Shown piece by piece: positions 11,777 through 21,550 of a DNA stretch of 64,000 nt. How positions within the stretch are numbered: the stretch's first letter is position 1; each line of letters opens with the position of its first letter. The translations under genes were made by a program, and so were the position numbers. The notes under the pieces were generated by a model. That model was not told the origin of the DNA. It did not search any database and saw nothing but the letters and a program-made list of their open reading frames with translations. This stretch comes from Macrostomum lignano (Eukaryota), in contig NIVC01002219.1 of NCBI GenBank assembly GCA_002269645.1, positions 62,001 to 126,000 on the forward strand, given 5' to 3'.

Positions 11777-14700
11777 ACGCCATCATGCAGAAGATACCAA
11801 GGAAGAAGACAACAACTTGGAATTGACAGAGGATGCACGTCAAGAAACTCAAGGACAGCCGACACCATCAACGCGAATGTATCCATCGATTCCGACAACA
11901 CCAACAGCACCGAGAATTCAGCCACCTACTTATCAGCCTGAACAACACGAGCCAAAATGGCCGGAAAACTACGTCTGTACGCTACACGCCGAGATTGGCA
12001 AAGCAATGGCTCAGGTCATTGTCAACAACTTGCCATGTCGAGCACTACTGGATTCAGGCAGCTCGATCACAGTCATCTCGCAACAATTATGCAACAAGCT
12101 ACGACTCGCGGTACGACCAGCAGCAATCGCAGTTGCAGGAGCAGGAGGACATTCACTCAACATCCTAGGAAAAGCAGATATCGACTTGAAAATTGCTAAT
12201 AAACAGCTGACGGTCCCGACGTACATCATCGACAGACTACCAAACCAAGACGTCATCGTTGGAATCGACACGTTCAAGCAGCTTCAACTACCATTGACCT
12301 TCGACTTCAACAAGCAAACGTTTAGGATCGACACGGTGGAGCAACCGCTGATCAACCAGATTCGAGTACTACCGAAAGTAACTCTGCAGCAAGATGTCAT
12401 TATCCAGCCTGAAAGCGCATGCTGGGTCAGAGCGAAAACGACCAGCGCGGCAGATGAAGCAATGATATTTGATCCACACAGGAGAGTCACGGCAAAACAT
12501 CAAATCATGATGCCTACGGCACTAGTGCTGGTTGCAAAGGATAAGCAACTGCCAGTACAAATCTTCAACCCGAACACAGAAACGGTTCATCTACGACAAG
12601 GAATGTGCATCGGTCATCTCAACACCCAAGCATCGGTTATGCTGATTGAACAAGCGACTCCACGACTAACAGAGGAAGAATTTCAAAAGAAGATCAATTT
12701 GGATGACAGCCCGATTACGGAACAGCAAAAGAGGAAAGTTCGACAGCTGTTGTGGAAGTACAACGAAGCCTTCTGCCATCATGATTACGACATCGGACGA
12801 GCCAAGGACATCAAACAGGAAATCAAACTTCTGCCGCACACGGAACCAATTCAGTGCAAGCCGTACCCGATCGCCAAGCATCTGCAACAACACTTTGACG
12901 AAATCATCGATAAAATGCTAAAGCACGGCATCATCAGCAAAGCTATTTCGGCTTACTCCTCACCGTGCCTACTGGTACAGAAGAAGGAGACAAACGAAAG
13001 ACGACTCGTATGCGACTTCAGACTGTTGAACAAGTACATACCGACGGATCAGCAAAGCCTACCGAAGATCTCCGAACTACTAGCAAAGCTCAACACGGCA
13101 AAATTGTTCACGGTGTTCGACCTACGTCATGGATTTTGGCAAATTGAAATCGAGAAAGAGTCACGACAGTACACGGCTTTCAAAACCTACAATGGACAAG
13201 TATACGAGTACAATCGATCGCCGATGGGACTTAGCAACAGCCCAGCAACGATGAGTCGACTAACAGCATACATGCTAGCAGGATGCACGAACCTGCTGCA
13301 CTATGTCGACGACATTTTAGCCTACGGAGAGGATTTCGAGCGACTCTACGAAGCTACGGAGAAGGCCCTAGCGCTCATTCAACGCCAAGGTCTGAAGCTA
13401 CAACCAACTAAATGCAAATTCTTCCGAGACAACGTGCGTTACCTGGGACATCAGGTGACAGCCAAAGGAATCTCACCGGACCCAGACAACGTGGAAAAGG
13501 TGAAGAAGTTTCCTACGCCAACCAGTATAACGAAGGTCCAATCATTCCTTGGACTTGCGCAATACTTCAGGAAGTTCTTACCTAACTTCGCAAAGACAGC
13601 AAAGCCACTGTACGACCTGCTCAAGTTCGACAAATGGAAGCAAGACAACTGGACACAGAGACAACAGGAAAGTTTCGACGAAATCAAACGACAGCTGACA
13701 TCAGACGCACTGCTACAGCATCCGGACTTCGACAAGCCCTTCATCATCGAGACAGACGCCTCAGGAACGGGACTCGGAGCAGTCCTACTACAGGAAACCG
13801 AGGACAAGAAGGAACGACCTATTGCTTACGTCAGTCGAGCACTCAAACCAAATGAGACAAAGTGGTCAGCTACGGAACGAGAGCTACTAGGAGTCTTGTT
13901 CGCCCTGCGACAGTTTCATTACTACATCTATGGTTCTCCAATACAGACGATAGTACGCACGGATCATGCACCATTGACCTACGTCGTAACTACAAAAGGA
14001 CAGACCAACAACCGACTCATCAGGATGACACTCAAGATCCAGGATTACAACTACAAACTCGTCTACAAACCAGGAATTACCAACAAAGCCGCGGACGCCC
14101 TGTCAAGAGCCTATGAAGTCAACGCCATTCATCCAATCCCTAACATCAAGGAGTTGGTGGATGAAACCGAGCGCGACAACTTCTACCAAGCGGTTAAAGA
14201 CGACGACAAGAACATCAAACTCAGTCCCATGGAACGAAAATTCCTACGCAAGCAACGACAACACCTAACAATCAATAAGTCACGGCTCTACTGGATGAGC
14301 GACAATAAACCCAAGATCTACGTACCATATTCGTTTCGGCAAGCAATTCTCAACGAGCTGCACGACAACCCACTCGCTGGACACCTGTCGGCCGCAAAGA
14401 CCATCGCGAGAGTGGAACAATACTACTTTTGGCCAACTATGTACGGCGACATCAAGCAGTATTGCAACAACTGCCATTCATGTGCTGCATCAAAGACAGG
14501 ACGACGACAGAAACCGCAGCTACAGTCCATTCCGAAGTCGACTACAATGGACTGTCTAAGCATCGACATCACCGGACCACTGCCACCGAGCTGTCTCCAG
14601 GGCATCGCCTACACCTACATTCTAACCGCCTTGGATATCTTCTCGAAGTTTGCTATCGCCATACCGATACCGGACATCACAGCTCAGACAGTGGCAATGA

Positions 14701-15515
14701 GTTTCTTCAACGAAATCATTTGCAAGTACGGCACGCCGAAGAACCTCACATCGGACAACGGATCGCAGTTTACATCGCAACTGTTTCAGCAAGTCGTAAG
14801 GATTCTCAACATTACGCAGATCTACACATCGACCTACAATCCGAAGGCAAACATGGTTGAACGGTTTCACCGCAACCTGCACGAGATGATTACACATTTC
14901 GCGCACCAACAGCCGGAAGACTGGATCATCTACCTGCAATCTGTAACAATGGCCTACAACAGCGCTATTCATCGATCAACGGACAATACGCCATTCTTCC
15001 TAATGTTTGGACGAGACTTCCAACCGCCGAATCTGCTCGCACAGCAATTGCTACCATCGCAGTACGTGGAAGTACCGACTTCCATTCAGAAATTCGTCAC
15101 GCAACTACACCTCGCATGGAAGATCGCCAAGCACAACATTGACAACCAGGTGGCTCTGACCACCGGCAACGACGCGAGATCGACAACCCTGACGGCCGGC
15201 GACATCGTCTACCTACACTACCCGCCACAGCAGACGCATAAACATGCACAGAAGTACAAAGGACCCTATCGAGTGGTCCAACTAACGTCACCAACAACGG
15301 CACGCCTGGCTAATGTACAAGATCCACATCAGCACCAGTTCTACGTACACATTCATCGACTAAAGAAGATCAACACTGACACAGCGACGTTTCTACCGAC
15401 ATTAGACAACGCTGATCGCACGCGTTCAACGAACCGCCACATCGCGACGAAGCACGAGGAGACTCAAACGACAGATGTGAGCCAGCCACATGGCTACAAC
15501 CTACGACCACGCTAG
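11733..15515 (+). CDS. pol: Pol polyprotein: late-domain leader, aspartic protease, RT, RNase H, integrase
   Basis: LLDSGS (PR), YVDD (RT), ETDAS and ADALSR (RH), HHCC zinc finger, D-D-E core and GPY motif (IN), C-terminal YNLR. The frame is open from 11733 (first ATG at 11877), is +1 relative to gag-env, and has no internal stop. Confidence 0.97.
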   Translation, partial: YDASATLVHSETNSERHHAEDTKEEDNNLELTEDARQETQGQPTPSTRMYPSIPTTPTAPRIQPPTYQPEQHEPKWPENYVCTLHAEIGKAMAQVIVNNLPCRALLDSGSSITVISQQLCNKLRLAVRPAAIAVAGAGGHSLNILGKADIDLKIANKQLTVPTYIIDRLPNQDVIVGIDTFKQLQLPLTFDFNKQTFRIDTVEQPLINQIRVLPKVTLQQDVIIQPESACWVRAKTTSAADEAMIFDPHRRVTAKHQIMMPTALVLVAKDKQLPVQIFNPNTETVHLRQGMCIGHLNTQASVMLIEQATPRLTEEEFQKKINLDDSPITEQQKRKVRQLLWKYNEAFCHHDYDIGRAKDIKQEIKLLPHTEPIQCKPYPIAKHLQQHFDEIIDKMLKHGIISKAISAYSSPCLLVQKKETNERRLVCDFRLLNKYIPTDQQSLPKISELLAKLNTAKLFTVFDLRHGFWQIEIEKESRQYTAFKTYNGQVYEYNRSPMGLSNSPATMSRLTAYMLAGCTNLLHYVDDILAYGEDFERLYEATEKALALIQRQGLKLQPTKCKFFRDNVRYLGHQVTAKGISPDPDNVEKVKKFPTPTSITKVQSFLGLAQYFRKFLPNFAKTAKPLYDLLKFDKWKQDNWTQRQQESFDEIKRQLTSDALLQHPDFDKPFIIETDASGTGLGAVLLQETEDKKERPIAYVSRALKPNETKWSATERELLGVLFALRQFHYYIYGSPIQTIVRTDHAPLTYVVTTKGQTNNRLIRMTLKIQDYNYKLVYKPGITNKAADALSRAYEVNAIHPIPNIKELVDETERDNFYQAVKDDDKNIKLSPMERKFLRKQRQHLTINKSRLYWMSDNKPKIYVPYSFRQAILNELHDNPLAGHLSAAKTIARVEQYYFWPTMYGDIKQYCNNCHSCAASKTGRRQKPQLQSIPKSTTMDCLSIDITGPLPPSCLQGIAYTYILTALDIFSKFAIAIPIPDITAQTVAMSFFNEIICKYGTPKNLTSDNGSQFTSQLFQQVVRILNITQIYTSTYNPKANMVERFHRNLHEMITHFAHQQPEDWIIYLQSVTMAYNSAIHRSTDNTPFFLMFGRDFQPPNLLAQQLLPSQYVEVPTSIQKFVTQLHLAWKIAKHNIDNQVALTTGNDARSTTLTAGDIVYLHYPPQQTHKHAQKYKGPYRVVQLTSPTTARLANVQDPHQHQFYVHIHRLKKINTDTATFLPTLDNADRTRSTNRHIATKHEETQTTDVSQPHGYNLRPR

Positions 15516-15635
15516 AGTTTAGAGAACAACCCCGTGTAGTGACCGGGATAAAGAATAGCACTACAGCTTCGCAAGCTTGTCGTAAAAGGCGACTAATCCG
15601 AGCGACACAAAGACAGCGACAAATTGACGACAATT

Positions 15636-15977
15636 ATGGGCAACGCACTGTCAAAACAGGCGCCCCAGCCTCAGCAGCTATATGACTGCCCGATATGTTT
15701 AACTGATGACTTGGCTGTCAAGCCACCGACTATTTGCATCAATGGACATAAAGTTTGCGGACAATGTTTAAGTGATTCACACTATATTCAGCCATGGCAG
15801 AATTGTCCCCTCTGTAGAGATAGTTTGCGACAATGTGCCTATTGTTATTCTTGGCGCACGTTTCAATATTGTAACCACCAACATTTTATTTGCATGCACT
15901 GTTTGAAGCAAACCGCTAGTAGGGGCGTTATAGGATGCCCCTTATGTAATAGTATGCCGCGAGACTGCACGTTTTGA
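15636..15977 (+). CDS. 113-aa accessory protein: N-myristoylation motif + two tandem C3HC4-type RING fingers
   Basis: ATG in strong context (ATTATGG); MGNALSK has G2/S6/K7. RING1 is C-x2-C-x12-C-x3-H-x2-C-x2-C-x12-C-x2-C and RING2 is C-x2-C-x8-C-x3-H-x2-C-x2-C-x11-C-x2-C. Lies between the pol stop and the PPT. Confidence 0.85.
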   Translation: MGNALSKQAPQPQQLYDCPICLTDDLAVKPPTICINGHKVCGQCLSDSHYIQPWQNCPLCRDSLRQCAYCYSWRTFQYCNHQHFICMHCLKQTASRGVIGCPLCNSMPRDCTF

Positions 15978-16175
15978 AAGTGGTGTCGGATCAAACCTGA
16001 TGCCACTTGATGTCTACGCGATATTCGAGTTTTGACCGCAATATGTACTGAAAAGTTTTTAGAGTTTTGACCAAACCCTCGCTTCACTAGACGCGCACAA
16101 AATCAATTGTTTATTTCCTATATTAACTGATCACCACAGAATTTTATTGTTAAAACTCGGGACGAGTTTTTTCGT

Positions 16176-16187
16176 AAAAAAGGGAGA
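16176..16187 (+). promoter_or_regulatory. Polypurine tract
   Basis: AAAAAAGGGAGA, 3 nt upstream of the 3' LTR. Confidence 0.85.
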
Positions 16188-16190
16188 TTT

Positions 16191-17054
16191 TGTAGAGTGT
16201 TCTACCTCCCGTTAAAAAAGGAAAAAAGAAGATAATCGTATAATACTACTATAAGTAAGTAAGTACACGCATGTGCGCCTAAGCTTTGAATGAATCACGC
16301 TACCAGAAAAAGATGTTACCAGAATAATACGCCATGAGCCATTTTCCCCTTTTAGCGCAACACGTGAATTGTCATGATACTATTTTGGATCAAAAACTTG
16401 TCTATAAATACAAGCGATCTGAAGCGGTACCGGAGCCATTCTCCCCACGGAAGAGGAGCGCTCCGAAGAGGAAGCCTTAGGAGGACTTCCTGATCTACCA
16501 AGTCAATCGAGACTCGGTCGAGTTGTTGCGGTAAGCCTTCCTTATTTGCGCCCGTTGTGTTAGAGACGTCTCGCTCAAGTCTATTGAGACTTGAGTCTAA
16601 TTGAGTCTGTTGAGACTCTTGAGTCTGTTTAGACTCCATTGGTTGCAGTCTCCAGAAGGACTGCCCCTGATAGATCTTAGAGGACTATCAGTGGTTTCCG
16701 GAGCTATACCTAGAGTGCATAGAGGCACTGCTAGAAGAAGGAGGCTTAATTTAGACCGCAGTTTGGCGCAGGGTACCCATTGTTGCTACGAGGCCTCTGA
16801 TTGGTCCTGACGGAAGATACCGGCCGGAAGAACTTATCGGAAGTACAAGAGGAACCAGGACCAGAGCAACTGAAGAATCAAGGCGCCTGATCTACGAGAT
16901 CTACTGACAAGTTCCTAGCGAGAACTACTCAAGAAATTCAAATCCGGATTAAAGGTAATTGAATACCTTCGTTTGACTTACTGGGTTGCCTAGCTGCTGA
17001 GCTAGAAGTGAGTGTTCTTTGATTACCAAAAGGCGGGTAATAAGGAACACATCA
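16191..17054 (+). repeat. 3' LTR (864 bp)
   Basis: Identical by eye to the 5' LTR except 4 substitutions and 2 single-base insertions in the last ~60 bp. Confidence 0.98.
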
Positions 17055-19339
17055 CTTCTGCAGGGGCGGCTGCGTGTTCGGCGGCACCTGGACCGGCGAC
17101 CAGGGCTTCGTGTCCGTGCTTCTAGAGTCGGCCGCCTGCGACTCGGGCACCTGATGGCACTGCAACCGCTTGTTGAAGTGGGGATTGGCCAGTAATATTT
17201 TAACTCTGACGGTCACTGTTTAGGATATTCACAATCCTTAATCTGATTAGAGCGCTCTTCTATATGTAATCAATTTATACATTATGCTGTTAAACCAATG
17301 AATCAGTTTCAATACTACTCACCAACTTCTCATCACTAGTAGATTATGCGCATTTTAAAGTGCATAGCTTGAAACCCAAGCGATTTCAAGGCGAATCGTT
17401 GTGACTTTCACTCAAGACTTGTTATATTTCTGATCAGCTTCGCTTTCATGCTTAAAAACCATTTTGCTGTTTTCTTCCTGAAATCACGTCAAACTAAACT
17501 GTTATTTAACTGATTATTGAATCTTTAACTGCTACTGATTTTGCACTCAGACAACTCAAAAGGTTTTTAATTCCGGCTAATTACGAACTAATAAATACTG
17601 AAAGCACTCGGATGTCCCATGCAAGCCGCTCGTCTTTTTTTCCTACCAGAGGATATCTGGAGGTTTTTTTGGACGAGCGGAATAAATCTGTGTGCTCAGC
17701 TGTCTTTCAGTGCCTGCTTCTGGCTTCTAAACGGAAAGCTTTATGAATATCAACCTTCTCTAACTATAAAAATAAAAACTGTGTGTGTGTGCAATTGAAG
17801 AGTTTAAGAGTGGTGATCAGTCACTCAAAAACCCCCACTTCTAGACACTGGGTACCCTAGGTACCCTAGTGCCTAGGTATAGGTAATGTCAAATAGCTCT
17901 TACTGCAGCGGAATCTTTAGTGGCTTGTAGACGTCTTGGTTTAGTTTAGGTGACTCGTTACCCCGGGAGTCCTCAACTTTTATCTGGGGGTTGACCAAAA
18001 ACGAGAGCGAATCAGAACTTCTTGACGGTCCTCGAGCTCGGAATTAACAATAGAATGTGCGCCTTAATTAACAATCGAACTCTCTAAGTTTCTGTGACAG
18101 GTCCTCCTGAAGGGCGTCTTCTTCGTTGCGTCCGAAACGTAATGGATAACTCAATTAAATCAATAAATCCTGTAGGAATGTATCCTAGGAAACAAGGAGG
18201 CCTTTCTCAAATGTGTCGACAATAAACGGCTCTCCAGAACGGTGCTGTGCACTTTTAAACTTTGTCTGCTTTTTGTCAGCGAGACAGCCACCCCAATCTC
18301 CGCCTCTCTCTCCCCTTATCTGGCATGGCCAGGTGTGGAATATTGGGCTTTCAAAATTGACTAAAAATTCGGCTTCTATAAGTTTGCTCTACGTTAAGTG
18401 ATTGACTTCAAACTTGACAAAATTCTTAATTGACTCATTCTGTGTCTAAATATAAAGTCTCGACTCTGTAACTTAATCAAAACAGAAACAGTAAAATGTG
18501 AAGTTTTTCTGCTTTTTCTGGTGTTAGGCCGCTCACCCATACATTCCCGCTCCCGCTCACCAAGGGTCAGGCGATAGGGCTGAATGTACATAGCAATGAA
18601 CAGTGTTTTGGATGACTTTATTTATAGCCTTCTCTGCACCTTCGTGGAGAGGCTACGTTTAGCCATGACAGTTTAGTGACAAATTCTAACCCAGGCAGCA
18701 AACTCTGCAGCAGTTCATCAGTGGATGGCAACTCAAGGCAATGCAGCATCATGGTTATTGTAAAACTAAAATCGAAACATTTATGAAAAAGCGATTACAA
18801 TACAAACCGACTAAGTTAGGTACATCATCGAAATTTTAACACCAAGTTTCACCTAAAGGTACTTTAAAATTAAATAGTCTATAAAGAAATGTGCATTTCC
18901 TTGATTGTCAGACTGCTGCAGACTGCAGTGGAGCTGGTAGTACACAAATTCCTATCGGGCTGCAAATTGGCCAGAAAGATGACGTGTCCAAAGCAGTCAG
19001 CAAGCGGCTAACGGAATGAAACAACCATGAGAGTACTACGTCCCAAAAACTGGCTATCGGAGCAGGGGTCGGCAGAATTTTACCTCAAAGGCCAGATGAA
19101 GAGTCCAGCTCATGGCTGCGGGCCAGATGAGAGTGGAAAGGAGAAATAATATAAGATTAGTAAAGAAAGGTGTTGGGCCTGGTGCGTGGGGGTTGGGCGT
19201 GGGCTTTTACTCCGTGTATCGTTTGTGATTTTAACCCTGTGCGTGCGCCCTTTGTTTGTGCTCACGTTCTTTGCACGTCTCTGCTCTATCGTGACTTTAA
19301 TCTACACTGTAGGTAATTTAGCCCTTGGGTTGGGGGGGC

Positions 19340-19730
19340 TGCTAATGGGTGAGAGAGAGAAGAGAGGAGAGAGAGGGGAGACAGAAGAGAAGAGAGAGAA
19401 TGGAAAAGAGATGAGAGATTTGAGAGAAGAGAGAAGAGGGAAGAGAGTAGAGAGAGTATAGGAGAAATGAGAAATGAGAGGAGAGAGGAGAGGGAAGAGA
19501 GGAGAGAGGAGTGGGAAGAGGGAAGTGAGAGAAGATAGAGTAGACAGCAGAGACAAGAGGGAAGAGAGGAGAGAGGTGAGATGAGATGAGAAATGAGAAG
19601 AGATAAGAGAGCAGAGATATAAGAGGAGAAAGGAGAGATGAGATGACAAGATAGAGAAGTTTCAAAGGACTCAAGGGACGTAGAGAGAGGCAGGGGCCAG
19701 AGACCGGAGTTTACCAATGCCTGCTTTAGA
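19340..19730. repeat. GA-rich low-complexity tract followed by a dispersed-repeat end
   Basis: Purine-rich tract. The flank CCGGAGTTTACCAATGCCTG is related to 54924 (CAGGGATGGGCAAACTCCGG), about 57645 and about 400-470. Confidence 0.7.
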
Positions 19731-20724
19731 CAGACATTGCCCGACATTCTGCGCGGCACCCCAGCCGACGAGATCAATGCTTCACTCAAACCTTAATTTA
19801 ACACGAATGTACTCCATTTTATGTTTCCTCTATCTTAAGTATTAGCAAGTTTTTGTTTGAGTATGACTTCAGATTTAAGAATGCATTTAAAATAGTTCCG
19901 GGTATTTGAATTCTGCGGGTTCAAAATCCATGTTTTAGAACATTGCGGATTCAAAATAGCTTATTTTATAGCTATTTATTAGTTTGTAAATTTATTACAG
20001 AACGTGCTCGCTTTTGTGAAATATGAAATCATACTACTGTCATAAGCATGAAAACTTCGCAGCGCTTATCTCGAATTCATACAAGCCATGTTTCTTCCAA
20101 TAGAATAAAGTAAATCCAATATAAATTTTTGTATTCATAAATTTTTGGTTGTTTGTCAATATCCTCATTTCAAATTTACTTTGGAGAACCTGGTCTGGAT
20201 ATGTCAGTTGACTGCACCGATGAAGCGCTATTTGAAAAAGTTGTGCAAATTTCGTTTAGAGCCATTTGATCCCAGTCCAAAACCTAGGATAGGCTCCATT
20301 ATTTGAGCGAATTTCAGATCCGGTTGTGAAACTCCAACAAAGAATCTACATTCAGCAGCTGCTCTGTTTGTAAAACCTGAGAGTTTGCACAGCGCGTTGA
20401 GCTTTTAGTGATCGCTGCAAAAAGGAGTATCATTCTTTATACTGGCATTGATTCATCTCAGCTTTCTGACATTTTGCATATTTCCTGTTTTTTGACTAAG
20501 TTGATGTCTTCATTAGCTACACTGCAGATTCGTTGCGCCCCTAGTTCAATTCCTGTTGCTAAATCGCAGTTGTCAGTTAGGTGCGGTTTGTCTACACGTA
20601 GGAGAATATGGCAGGCTAGGAACAACGGTTAAAGTTGCAGTTCACACACACAGGTAGACCAGCTGCAACCGTTTTGCACCGGCAGGCATTGGCTCCAATA
20701 ATTTTAAGGCAATGCAATCTTCTG

Positions 20725-20765
20725 ATTGGCATCTCAGAGGCTGAGAAGCTAATTGGCTCAGAAAC
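20725..20765 (+). promoter_or_regulatory. Paired inverted CCAAT-like boxes upstream of PAN-family genes
   Basis: CTGATTGGC...CTAATTGGCTCAG about 130-160 bp upstream of ATG 20886. A similar pair is near 39430-39460, and TGATTGGCT is near 41197 in the diverged copy. Conservation may just reflect duplication. Confidence 0.3.
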
Positions 20766-20885
20766 GTATTATGAGTATATACTTCGTGCAGCACAGAAAT
20801 GAAAATACACCAACACGTCCCAGCTCTAAAAAGCAAGTCTGAGTACTAAAAAATTATTTTCTTAGGAAAGCAAGCCATAATAGCC

Positions 20886-21550
20886 ATGTTTTCACTCCTA
20901 GAAGCTGCCTGCTGCCTGCTCAGCCTGCTGTCCGTTGCGTCCGGCGTCTGCGTCCGCTTCCGCGTCGTCTCCGGTTGCCCCGGAAACGTGACCGGCCTGT
21001 CGCAGGTCAGCGGAGTCCGAGACCCTCGCGCCTGCTCGGTGGAGTGCGCAGTGCGACCCAACTGCACCGCCGTGTTCAAGCGAGACCGCACTTGCTATCT
21101 GGCCACTGCCGCTCAGCATGAGGCGCTGTGGAGACCCCTGGACTGCAGCAGCGAGGTCAGTCGGCTCTCTGTCATTTCTTTTTGTCTTGTGTTAATATTT
21201 CTTATTATGAATTGTATTAGCCAAACATTGCAACAGAAATTGACGTATGCAATCGTTTCCTTTAGGTTGTAGATGAGAGGAGATTGGTCACTGATACAAC
21301 CGACAGTATTGAGTCTGTTGCAGCCTCCAACAGTGTCACAGCTCCAACTAGCCATGAAATTGCAGTTTCCACTACCAGCCAGCTTCCCTGCTCTCTAGCC
21401 AACCAGCCTTGCACATTCGATAACTCCTATCTGGCCGATTGCACCAGTGAAACAAAATTTCTGCAATGCGACGGTAGTAAATATGTGCAAAAGACTTGTG
21501 GGTCTGGAACAAAGTGGTCAGCGGCTCTGAAAACGTGCGTTAACATTTAA
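20886..21550 (+). CDS. Secreted PAN + Ser/Thr linker + chitin-binding type-2 (peritrophin-A)-like protein, 184 aa
   Basis: Exons 20886-21155 and 21266-21550, phase-0 GT-AG intron. Signal peptide, PAN core and C-terminal C..C..C..(FLQ)C..C.(GT.W)..C pattern. Confidence 0.85.

Larger units (their letters stand above)
6452..17054 (+). mobile_element. Full-length Ty3/Gypsy LTR retrotransposon (10,603 bp) with env-like and accessory ORFs
   Basis: Two TG...CA LTRs, 4-bp TSD CTTC (6448-6451 and 17055-17058), PBS-like site, PPT, and pol order PR-RT-RH-IN. Removing the element restores GGCTCCTTCTGCAGG as in the paralogs. Confidence 0.98.
5047..17154 (+). pseudogene. Secreted PAN + ALK/LTK-like glycine-rich protein, copy A, interrupted by the LTR element in its last exon
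   Basis: Exons 5047-5089, 5195-5542, 5651-5971, 6060-6451 and 17055-17154 (the two last-exon parts overlap by the TSD CTTC). Introns are GT-AG, phase 1/1/1, and exon sizes match intact copy C. With the insertion the frame ends ...GSFC-RVFYLPLKKEKRR* at 6496. Confidence 0.9.

Noticed and set aside
8303-15633. Many short antisense or alternative-frame ORFs over gag, env and pol
   Set aside because: Shadows of the strongly biased coding strand; none has a domain signature.
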